Below are positions 1-7,573 of a DNA stretch of 13,221 bases, piece by piece. The notes under the pieces were generated by a model. The model was not told the DNA's origin and made no database searches. It saw only the letters and a program-made list of their open reading frames with translations. This DNA is from Candidatus Sumerlaeales bacterium. Its GTDB lineage: Bacteria; Sumerlaeota; Sumerlaeia; Sumerlaeales; Sumerlaeaceae. Position numbers and translations under genes: made by a program. Numbering within the stretch: the first letter of the stretch is position 1; each line of letters opens with the position of its first letter. Location of the stretch: contig JBBSQY010000068.1 of assembly GCA_038243585.1 (NCBI GenBank), forward strand, positions 1 to 13,221, given 5' to 3'.

Positions 1-272
1 AGGATCTCGTCAATCTCTTCTTCGTTCTCTTCCGTCTCCACGTTCACCGGCAACAGCATCCGCGCCTTGATACGAATAAGCGTCGCCGCCATCACCAGGA
101 ACTCTCCCGCCAGTTCAAGATCAAGCTCACGCATCATCTCGATATAATCCAGGTACTGACGCGTCACTTCCGCAATGCGGATATCGTGGATGTCCATCTC
201 GTTGACCCGGATCAGATGCAGCAGCAGATCAAACGGGCCCTCAAAGACCGGGAGTTTAATGGTATAGGTCAT
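1..272 (-). CDS. scpA: Segregation and condensation protein A (kleisin), 5' portion; runs off the left edge of the window
   Basis: Not in the ORF track. Manual translation from ATG at 272: MTYTIKLPVFEGPFDLLLHLIRVNEMDIHDIRIAEVTRQYLDYIEMMRELDLELAGEFLVMAATLIRIKARMLLP, containing the ScpA signatures FEGP.DLLL.LI and EFLVMAATL..IK.R.LLP. Lies downstream of trpS as in many bacteria. Confidence 0.96.
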   Translation of the reverse strand, partial: MTYTIKLPVFEGPFDLLLHLIRVNEMDIHDIRIAEVTRQYLDYIEMMRELDLELAGEFLVMAATLIRIKARMLLPVNVETEENEEEIDEI

Positions 273-293
273 AAAGTGAAGGCAGCAGCGGGG

Positions 294-785
294 TTATTCA
301 TCGGCAGGCTCCCTGTGGAGCGCTTCAAGCTGAGCCAACATTTCTATGTCTTTAGCTCGGCCCGCTGACCGTTTTAGATGAATTAACTTTTCGAGAGTTA
401 CACATTGGATTTGGCATCCATACGCATTGAGCGATATAGAATGTTCCATAACATCCTCAAAACTGGAAGCTCCTGGAATTTCTGCGAGTAAATCGATATC
501 ACCCATACTGGTTTCCAAAGTAAAATTACACCCTTGGAAAAGTGTCTGTTTGTCAAATCGGAAAGGGAGGCCGGGGGGAGCGCCTCGAAGATATGGGTGG
601 AATGGCTGAAGTGCCGATACCATACGGTCACAATTTTCCATTGTATGCTTATAGACGATATCAACATCGTAAGTAGCACGCGCCAGACCGTGTATCGCGG
701 CCGCAATGCCACCTATAATTACAAATTCAACTTGATGCCGACCTAAGCTTTGGATGAGCTCAGCAGGTTGGAAATTAGTCATCAT
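294..785 (-). CDS. Nucleotidyltransferase (pol-beta-like superfamily, AbiEii/MenT-like), putative toxin
   Basis: Motifs FVIIGGIAA..HG..RATYDVDIV (GG plus DxD), a third acidic site DIDLL and C-terminal LIHLK...GRAKD. ATG overlaps the upstream stop (ATGA at 785-782). Confidence 0.85.
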   Translation of the reverse strand: MMTNFQPAELIQSLGRHQVEFVIIGGIAAAIHGLARATYDVDIVYKHTMENCDRMVSALQPFHPYLRGAPPGLPFRFDKQTLFQGCNFTLETSMGDIDLLAEIPGASSFEDVMEHSISLNAYGCQIQCVTLEKLIHLKRSAGRAKDIEMLAQLEALHREPADE

Positions 786-973
786 TCCGGTCTTCCCTCT
801 TTAAGCCGACGTACGTTTGCACTACGTAATTCCAAAATAAAGTTTACGAACCCAGTCAGTTTAGTAATACGCTCTTCAGGCGTAAGCTTTAAGTTCTCCT
901 TAATGAGGGATATATCGACATCTTTGACGTATAGATCAATGATGTCGTCTATAGATGAACGTCCATCAGGCAT
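782..973 (-). CDS. Small (63 aa) predicted helical protein coupled to the nucleotidyltransferase, putative antitoxin
   Basis: Strong RBS AAGGAGG 8 nt upstream of ATG 973, preferred over the track's GTG 1021. Sequence MPDGRSSIDDIIDLYVKDVDISLIKENLKLTPEERITKL...; the VD.SLI.ENL.LTPEER motif is one I recall in small genes preceding such NTases. ATGA overlap with the NTase. Confidence 0.75.
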   Translation of the reverse strand: MPDGRSSIDDIIDLYVKDVDISLIKENLKLTPEERITKLTGFVNFILELRSANVRRLKEGRPE

Positions 974-1007
974 AGAAAAATCCTCCTTGTTTAAACAATA
1001 GCCGCAA

Positions 1008-2066
1008 TCATGCGGTTTCACACGCGGAACTGTTAAATATCTGTGGTACCGACTCCGTAAGACTCAACCGCTCGCGCAACACCGCCATAGTCTTTTGCGC
1101 TTCTTCCCTCGCCCGCTTATTGCCCTCTTCGATGATCGCGATCACCTCATCCGGTCTCGCTTCATAATGGGCCCGGCGCTCTCGCATCGGTTCCAGCATT
1201 TCGTTCAACGCTGCCGCCAGTTCCCGCTTGTTGTCAAAGCACCCAATCGTCGATGTCCGGCAGCCTTCATGCAGCTCCGGGGCTTTTTCCGCATTGAAGA
1301 TCGTCTGGTAATGGCACACGTTACACTTTTCCGGATGGCCCGGATCGGTTTTGCGAACCCGTTCCGTATCCGACAACATGCTTTTAACTTTCTTCTCTAT
1401 CACATCCGGCGGATCATTCAGGTAAATACCGTTATCGTAGCTCTTGCTCATCTTGCGTCCGTCCAGGCCCAACAGCTTTGGCACAGGGCTTAACAGCGAA
1501 TCAGGCTCCGGAAAGATCGGATTAAGCGGGCGGTTGGTACCCGGCTCGATGGGACCGCCGTGCATAAAGTTCACACGTCGGGCGATTTCACGCGTCAGTT
1601 CCAGATGCGGAAGTTGATCTTCCCCCACCGGCACAGCCTCGGCGCGATAAATTAGGATATCTGCCGCCTGCAACACAGGATAACCAAGGAACCCATACGT
1701 CTGGATGTCTTTATTGGCCAGTTGCACAATCTGATCTTTATAAGTCGGATTGCGCTCCAGCCATGCCAGCGGCGTAAACATTCCCAGCAGCAGAGCCAGC
1801 TCGGCGTGCTCTTTTACGTGAGACTGCACGAATATCGTGCTGCGCGCCGGATCAAGCCCAGCCGCCAGCCACGCCAGCACGCTCTCGCGCATATTCTCGC
1901 GCAGGCGCGATGGGTCCGCATAATCACTCGTCAGGGCATGCCAGTCGGCCACCATGAAAAAGCAATCGTTACCCGCTTCCTGCAGGCTTATCCAGTTTTT
2001 CAAAGCGCCCAGGTAATGCCCCACATGGAGGCGCCCCGTTGATCGCATTCCGCTTAATATGCGCAT
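1008..2066 (-). CDS. trpS: Tryptophan--tRNA ligase
   Basis: Class I motifs HVGH (HIGH) and KMSKS, plus GYPVLQAADIL and VPVGEDQLPHLELTRE. RBS GAAGGAAG before ATG 2066. Confidence 0.98.
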   Translation of the reverse strand: MRILSGMRSTGRLHVGHYLGALKNWISLQEAGNDCFFMVADWHALTSDYADPSRLRENMRESVLAWLAAGLDPARSTIFVQSHVKEHAELALLLGMFTPLAWLERNPTYKDQIVQLANKDIQTYGFLGYPVLQAADILIYRAEAVPVGEDQLPHLELTREIARRVNFMHGGPIEPGTNRPLNPIFPEPDSLLSPVPKLLGLDGRKMSKSYDNGIYLNDPPDVIEKKVKSMLSDTERVRKTDPGHPEKCNVCHYQTIFNAEKAPELHEGCRTSTIGCFDNKRELAAALNEMLEPMRERRAHYEARPDEVIAIIEEGNKRAREEAQKTMAVLRERLSLTESVPQIFNSSACETA

Positions 2067-2076
2067 CTGTCTTCCT

Positions 2077-2727
2077 TCACAAACCTATAAACTTCAGCAT
2101 CGGACTAACCAGACCATCGGTCGCCATCATAAGAAGTTTTCTCGTCGCGCTAATGCTGATGATCAAGTATAAGAAGACAATCGAAAAACGTTCAGCCATT
2201 TCCCATGCCGGATATAGCTTCGGCCGCCCGCTGACCACATAATGGAACAGTATTCGGCTGCCATCCAAAGGTGGGATGGGTATCAAGTTAAAGAGGGCAA
2301 GAGTCACATTGATGACAATAAAATAAAACGCCATCTCAAACACCACCGGATGAGCCGTTGCGGGATTGACAAACAAAAACGCGACCTTTATAATGATCGT
2401 AGCCAGCAGCGCCAGCATCAGATTTGATCCCGGCCCCGCCAGCGTTACCAGTACATCCCACCACGGCTTATCCAGGCGCGACAGGTTTACCGGCACCGGC
2501 TTCGCCCAGCCGATCAGCGGCAGCGCAGAAACCGCCGCAATAATGGGGATGATAATTGTCCCAAACAGGTCGATGTGAGAGATCGGATTAAGCGTTATGC
2601 GCCCCTGCAGCCGCGCCGTGTCGTCTCCGCCCCACCAGGCCACCAGCGCATGGGCGCATTCGTGAACCGACAGGCTGAACAGTATAATGGGAAATATCAG
2701 AAAGACGTCGTAATTAAAGTTATCCAT
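2077..2727 (-). CDS. Site-2 protease, peptidase M50 family (YwhC-like) intramembrane Zn metalloprotease
   Basis: HECAH zinc motif, GRITLNP..HID, LAGP.SN and FNLIPIPPLDG, with several hydrophobic segments. Start is ATG 2727 or TTG 2736. Ends 10 nt before trpS. Confidence 0.93.
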   Translation of the reverse strand: MDNFNYDVFLIFPIILFSLSVHECAHALVAWWGGDDTARLQGRITLNPISHIDLFGTIIIPIIAAVSALPLIGWAKPVPVNLSRLDKPWWDVLVTLAGPGSNLMLALLATIIIKVAFLFVNPATAHPVVFEMAFYFIVINVTLALFNLIPIPPLDGSRILFHYVVSGRPKLYPAWEMAERFSIVFLYLIISISATRKLLMMATDGLVSPMLKFIGL

Positions 2728-2882
2728 ATCCGCCAATGATATGATGCGGAAGCATCGTTATGCAGGGAGAAGTCGGATGGGCATTGTGAAGGAGCATAGG
2801 CGCCTCGCCAGTGCACCAACTCATTTAAATATTAGCGAACGCTTCGGTGAGTCTCGCCGACAGCGCACTTCCCGGTTGGGCA

Positions 2883-2913
2883 GGTAGAGATGGCTCGACG
2901 AGCCGCCCCTACC
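2883..2913 (-). repeat. GTAG-type REP-like palindrome / possible RNA hairpin downstream of the L,D-transpeptidase
   Basis: Minus strand GGTAGGGGCGGCTCGTCGAGCCATCTCTACC folds into a 14-position stem (two G-U pairs, one mismatch), 36 nt after the stop at 2950. No U-tract follows. Confidence 0.6.
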
Positions 2914-2949
2914 CGAAACCCTGCAATCCGGTAGGTCTGTCCAGCCATC

Positions 2950-4098
2950 TTACTCTTCAGAGTTCGCCAGCTTCTCCAGAAATTCAACCTTGGTGCCCGG
3001 CTTGACCATATCCGCAAGCCGAAGTATGTCCCAGTTCGTCAGCCGCACGCAACCGTGGCTTTCGGTGTAACCAATCTTCGAAGGATCAGGCGTGCCATGC
3101 AGGCCGTAGTGGGGTTTGCTGATATCAACCCACGCGACTCCAACCGGGTTATTTGGACCCGCAGGAAGTTTTGCCTTTTTGTCAGACTCGTCGGCGTCCC
3201 AGAAGAGGTCTGGATTATAATGAAACTTCGGATAACGTTCCGTTCCGTTGACTTTCCATTTACCCAGGGGCAGCGGATCATGCTCGCTACCTGCGGACAC
3301 CGGAGCATGGAATATGACCTTGCCGTCCTCGTCGACAACATTAAGCGAGCTGTCCTGCTTCGTCACAATGACCGTTACCGGCCCCTCCGGTTTTTCGGCC
3401 AGACCAGATTCCAGACGATCGCCGCCGGATGAGGTGTCTTTGTCATCCTTATTTGTCGATGATTTATCAGTTTCGGGTTCATTGTTGCCCTCTTTGTCCT
3501 CCTCAGGCTTGCCATTGCGAATCGTCGTCGGAAAGACATTAGGAACGGAAATCTTATCATTAACCTTATACTGCGCGCCAGGGTTCAGGTACGCTAGTGT
3601 TTCCGAATTCGTATGAAAACGCTCAGCCAGAAGTTCGCTTATTGAGGCGTAAGACAAGGCATCCAGTTCAGCGACCTTGGCCCTATCTTCCGGGATGGCC
3701 TTGAGAAATTTAGTGGAAGAGTCCGCTTCAGTTACCGTGTAGGTTTCAATGAAATTGCTAACCTGTGCGGCACCTCGCAAGGTATCGCTCGTTTCTTGAT
3801 CCATTTCGCCTGAGGCTTTCAGGCCATTTGCCTTTTGAAATGCCGTAAGAGCCAGCTTAAAATTTCGCCCCTCAAGGCCATCAATGGCGCCGGGAGAAAA
3901 CAATACCCGATCAAGTAATACCTGTGTCTGCAGAACAGCACTGGTTCTACCATCTTCACCTTCAGACTTGTTCGATTGCGTAGTCTCATCTGATTTATCA
4001 TTTGTTGAAACATCAGAAGTTTCTTTAGCATTTGCGGACGGGACCGCCGTGAAAAGAGCGCAGGACAAGGCCAGTGCACTCCATAAATTGCAGATCAA
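2950..4098 (-). CDS. Exported L,D-transpeptidase (YkuD family) with an N-terminal peptidoglycan-binding domain
   Basis: Signal peptide (...TAVPSANA), PG-binding-like segment QVLLDR..FSPGAIDG..G.NFKLAL.AFQKANGL..SG..D, and catalytic motif PAGPNNPVG...YGLHGT.....IG...SHGCVRL. TTG start; an in-frame TAG lies just upstream. Confidence 0.93.
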   Translation of the reverse strand: MICNLWSALALSCALFTAVPSANAKETSDVSTNDKSDETTQSNKSEGEDGRTSAVLQTQVLLDRVLFSPGAIDGLEGRNFKLALTAFQKANGLKASGEMDQETSDTLRGAAQVSNFIETYTVTEADSSTKFLKAIPEDRAKVAELDALSYASISELLAERFHTNSETLAYLNPGAQYKVNDKISVPNVFPTTIRNGKPEEDKEGNNEPETDKSSTNKDDKDTSSGGDRLESGLAEKPEGPVTVIVTKQDSSLNVVDEDGKVIFHAPVSAGSEHDPLPLGKWKVNGTERYPKFHYNPDLFWDADESDKKAKLPAGPNNPVGVAWVDISKPHYGLHGTPDPSKIGYTESHGCVRLTNWDILRLADMVKPGTKVEFLEKLANSEE

Positions 4099-4201
4099 GG
4101 TTTTATCTTTCTATATAGCCAAGTGTGATGGCACAGCCAGTTAGAGAAAAGCATGCCAGCCGATGCTGGGACCATCGACAAAATCGCCAAAGCATCGCCA
4201 T

Positions 4202-4217
4202 TGGCACACCATTTGTA
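4202..4217 (+). promoter_or_regulatory. Putative sigma-54 (-24/-12) promoter for the YihY gene
   Basis: TGGCAC-ACCAT-TTGTA matches TGGCAC-N5-TTGCW with correct spacing and one mismatch at -12; it ends 35 nt before ATG 4253. Confidence 0.45.
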
Positions 4218-4252
4218 ATGGACGGAAGCAAACGACTTGCCTGGAGCAAAAA

Positions 4253-5377
4253 ATGCATCTTAATTTTACATCCATCAAAGAACTTATCATGGAAGCGGCG
4301 CGGGAATGGTCTGACGACAAAGCCTCCCGCCTCGGAGCCGCACTCGCGTATTATACCGTTTTTTCCATCGCACCGCTCTTACTAATCACCATTGCCATCG
4401 TAGGGTTTGTGTTTGGAGATCAAGCGGCTTCCGGCGGCATTACAGGCCAGATAAGCGGCTTCGTTGGGCCCCAGGGCGCAGAGGCCATACAATCCATGAT
4501 TGCCGGCGCCAATAAAGAGCGAGGCACGGGAATCTTCGCCAGCATCATAAGTTCAGTGCTTTTACTGTTCGGCGCTTCCGGAGTTTTTGTCCAGCTAAAA
4601 GACGCCATGAACACCGTGTGGGATGTGCCAGAAAAAAAATCAAACGGCATTATGGGATTTATTAAAGACAGGTTCTTATCGTTTGGAATGGTGCTGGGCG
4701 TAGGTTTTATACTGCTGGCTTCGTTAATTATCAGTACCGTTCTTACGGCTCTTGGGAGTTATATGGGAGGTTTCGTTGGAGTAGGTCCGCTCATGCAGAT
4801 CCTGAACTTCGTCGTTTCCTTTGCCGTCATCACAGCCCTCTTTGCCATGATATACAAATTTGTCCCGGATATAAAACTGCCATGGCGGGACGTATGGCTG
4901 GGTGCTGCTCTTACAGCATTCTTGTTTTCCATCGGGAAATATGCATTGGGACTATATCTCGGCCGGAGCAGCATGTCGTCGGCCTACGGCGCCGCAGGGT
5001 CATTTGTGGTTCTTCTAGTTTGGATTTACTACTCCGCCCAAATTGTCTTTTTCGGCGCGGAATTAACGCAGGTCTACTCTCACAAATACGGGGCGTGGAA
5101 AGGTCGGAAAAAGAAAACGGTTAAGGCCAAGGAAGCATCGGATTCCACGCCTGACAAAGAGGAATCTCAAGCAGAGGGAAAAACCTTCGGCGATGGGGTC
5201 CCACCCGGCAGCACATACAACCCCAGGACGACAGTTGAAAAAGCTGCCGCTCCAGCAGACCTGGCTGCGGCCAAGGCATCAAAACCCAACGTCATAGGAA
5301 AAGCCGCCGGAACCATACTCGGCCTCGGAGTAGCCGCCAAAGCCATTATAGATGGCCTGAGCAGCAAAAAGGAATAG
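4253..5377 (+). CDS. YihY/virulence factor BrkB family membrane protein
   Basis: W.DD.ASRLGAALAYYTVFS.APLL, L..AMN.VW.V, YKFVPD and S.YGAAGS.VVLLVW.YYSAQI.FFGAE motifs. Start moved to ATG 4253 because GGAG lies 6 nt upstream. Confidence 0.93.
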   Translation: MHLNFTSIKELIMEAAREWSDDKASRLGAALAYYTVFSIAPLLLITIAIVGFVFGDQAASGGITGQISGFVGPQGAEAIQSMIAGANKERGTGIFASIISSVLLLFGASGVFVQLKDAMNTVWDVPEKKSNGIMGFIKDRFLSFGMVLGVGFILLASLIISTVLTALGSYMGGFVGVGPLMQILNFVVSFAVITALFAMIYKFVPDIKLPWRDVWLGAALTAFLFSIGKYALGLYLGRSSMSSAYGAAGSFVVLLVWIYYSAQIVFFGAELTQVYSHKYGAWKGRKKKTVKAKEASDSTPDKEESQAEGKTFGDGVPPGSTYNPRTTVEKAAAPADLAAAKASKPNVIGKAAGTILGLGVAAKAIIDGLSSKKE

Positions 5378-5406
5378 GCCACTTTGAAATAAGCTAACCA
5401 GCCCTC

Positions 5407-5453
5407 TGGAGTGCCGGTGGCTTGCCACCGCTCTCCCCCCGCGCGAAGCGCGC
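5407..5453. repeat. TGGAGTGC-headed REP-like hairpin plus a second GC hairpin between convergent genes
   Basis: TGGAGTGC followed by CGGTGGC-TT-GCCACCG (5415-5430), then GCGCG-AAG-CGCGC (5441-5453). Same head and CCGCT tail as the elements at 9150 and 9566. Confidence 0.55.
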
Positions 5454-5555
5454 AGCACAAATTCTTTTAAATTCCCTAGCGATCAAATCAAGCGTAGCGG
5501 ATCATCACACTAGCTGCACCGTGACAGCCCACTGAGACGGGAAGGAATGCGCATC

Positions 5556-6020
5556 CTACGCCAATCGCAGCACCATCGTCTGGTGCGGAATGCCAGCATC
5601 GTCATACAATGCCCCAACCAACTCAAACCCAAAACCCTGGTAAAAAGGCACCGCGTGAAGTTGCGCCGACAGCGTCACTTCCTTATAGCCTTTCCGCACA
5701 GCCTCACTCATAAGTGCTACCAGTATTGCGCCGCCGCACCCGCTCCCGCGGCAAGACTCCAGCACCGCCATGCGTCCAATTTTCCCCCGCGACGCATCAT
5801 CCGGATCATCAAATAAACGCCCCGTACCGCAAGCCTCCCCTGAACTATTCTCCGCCAATACATGCAGAGCAACGGCATCAGTGGAATCCAACTCAAGTTC
5901 CGCCGGCACCTTCTGCTCATCCACAAACACACTAAACCGGATGCGTTTCAACGCTTCCGCTTCATCGGAATTCCACTCTACAAATCGAACCGCATATTTC
6001 CCTTTCTCTTTTGGCGCCAT
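5556..6020 (-). CDS. GNAT family N-acetyltransferase (YjcF/ElaA-like)
   Basis: IR..VFV.EQ.VP..LE.D..D, GTGRL, KIGRMAVL...RG.G.G (acetyl-CoA motif A), L.AQ.HA..FY..FGF and DAGIPH..M. ATG 6020 has GGAG upstream. Confidence 0.92.
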   Translation of the reverse strand: MAPKEKGKYAVRFVEWNSDEAEALKRIRFSVFVDEQKVPAELELDSTDAVALHVLAENSSGEACGTGRLFDDPDDASRGKIGRMAVLESCRGSGCGGAILVALMSEAVRKGYKEVTLSAQLHAVPFYQGFGFELVGALYDDAGIPHQTMVLRLA

Positions 6021-6027
6021 CAAACTA

Positions 6028-7554
6028 TCACTCCACAATAATCTTGTCGCCCAGGTTCGCCAGGCGCGGTCGTATAAACACCGAATCCAGTATCACAGAA
6101 TGACTGCCTACATCTGCCACCCGCAGCGTTAATGTACTCGTCGTCGGCAAGGTAAAATAAACCTGCGTGTAGGCAATCCCAATACGCGAATTGATCCAGT
6201 GATCAATCGGCATCGTGGCCAGCGTCTCGCCGGTTTCGCCCACGGCAGCCAGGTCCAATTTCGCCCCACCAGACAGCAGTACGCCCGACGTTGAACCATC
6301 CCCCGCATACAGCTCTACCGCATAGCTGCCAGCCGCCAGGCTCGCACTTAACGGAATGTCCACCGGCTCGCTCACGATCACCTGTCGGTCCGCCGCATAC
6401 TGAGCGTCCTCGGTCGCTGTTTTCAGCCGCGCAATCTCAACGCCGCTCGTCGCGCTCGTCACCAGATCCTCAAACCACAATTCCACCGGCACAGCTAGCG
6501 CCGGGGCCGACGCCTCATCCGGATACCACTTTTTAATCACGTTTTGATACACATAATCCGTCACGATCTCGGCGCCCCACCGGTTCAGATGCACCGGATC
6601 TTCATAATACGTATTATCCAGTTTAAGATCACGCGCCATCGGCAACACCCACGCGCCATTCGCCGATAAGTATTCCAGCGCATTAGTGAAACGCCAATAA
6701 TCTTCGTCCGGATTATCAAAATTCGTATGCCCGTACGGCGACGACGGGACCTCGACTATGGCCAGTTTTATGTCATGTTCCTTACAGAAATTCGACAGCT
6801 TAAGCAGCTCGCCGATCTCCCCATCATCCGGAACCCAATAGTCATGGTAAGGATTGTTTTTGAACCCTTCCGGCTTCCGTCCCCACGATTCGATCATAGG
6901 TCCATAAGCCTGCCTCCGTACCGTCGGCACCAGCACACCCCGCCCGATAGTAGGTTCTTCCTCCAACATCCACACCCGCCCATATTGCAGGGTGAACCGC
7001 GCCCGTTGCCGCCCCCGAAACATGGCGCTCCAGTTTTCCAGCTTCGTAACAATCTTATCCAGGATCGTCTTGTTTCCCAGCGCCCGGATTTTCCGATACG
7101 TCCAAAAAGCCCCCTGCTGAGGGTTTTTGGGATTCATCCCATTGATGTTTCCGTTAACGTCCCCGGCATTGATCCCATAAATGACATGCGTGGGGTGATA
7201 TTTTGGGTAAATGTGATTCTTGAAAAGGAAAAACTGACGCTCCGGACGCTGATCCGGAAACCCAAAATTATAACCAACGATGCTACCGCTGGTCGCCTCC
7301 TCCCACTGACGCACGTCCCAGATACGACCCACAGATGTACTCATCGTAACGAGGTCAATCCGACCTTTTTCCTCAAACAGCTTTTCAGCGCCTTCCATCT
7401 TCTTCATCAGGCCGGGACTTTCCCAGCCCTCATAATCATAAAACCAGTCCCCTGCACGAAATCGCATTTCCAAGAGCAGCAGGAGCCCCAGGGTGACAAG
7501 CAGCGTCGGAATCACACGCCGCAGATTGATTTGAAGAGTTTTAAAGCTGAACAT
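6028..7554 (-). CDS. Membrane-anchored SGNH/DltD-like protein (probable O-acyltransferase partner of the MBOAT) with a C-terminal beta-rich domain
   Basis: N-terminal TM helix (VIPTLLVTLGLLLLLE), block I-like DLVTMSTS, YNFGFP, VIYGIN, and catalytic-type DxxH in YYEDPVHLN.WGA. ATG 7554 avoids overlap with the MBOAT and has AAGGA upstream. Confidence 0.7.
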   Translation of the reverse strand: MFSFKTLQINLRRVIPTLLVTLGLLLLLEMRFRAGDWFYDYEGWESPGLMKKMEGAEKLFEEKGRIDLVTMSTSVGRIWDVRQWEEATSGSIVGYNFGFPDQRPERQFFLFKNHIYPKYHPTHVIYGINAGDVNGNINGMNPKNPQQGAFWTYRKIRALGNKTILDKIVTKLENWSAMFRGRQRARFTLQYGRVWMLEEEPTIGRGVLVPTVRRQAYGPMIESWGRKPEGFKNNPYHDYWVPDDGEIGELLKLSNFCKEHDIKLAIVEVPSSPYGHTNFDNPDEDYWRFTNALEYLSANGAWVLPMARDLKLDNTYYEDPVHLNRWGAEIVTDYVYQNVIKKWYPDEASAPALAVPVELWFEDLVTSATSGVEIARLKTATEDAQYAADRQVIVSEPVDIPLSASLAAGSYAVELYAGDGSTSGVLLSGGAKLDLAAVGETGETLATMPIDHWINSRIGIAYTQVYFTLPTTSTLTLRVADVGSHSVILDSVFIRPRLANLGDKIIVE

Positions 7555-7573
7555 GCGTGGAAAGGATCCTTGG

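Noticed and set aside
2737..2949. T-box riboswitch for the trpS-containing operon
   Set aside because: No T-box consensus (AGGGTGGNACCGCG) or stem I features on the minus strand.
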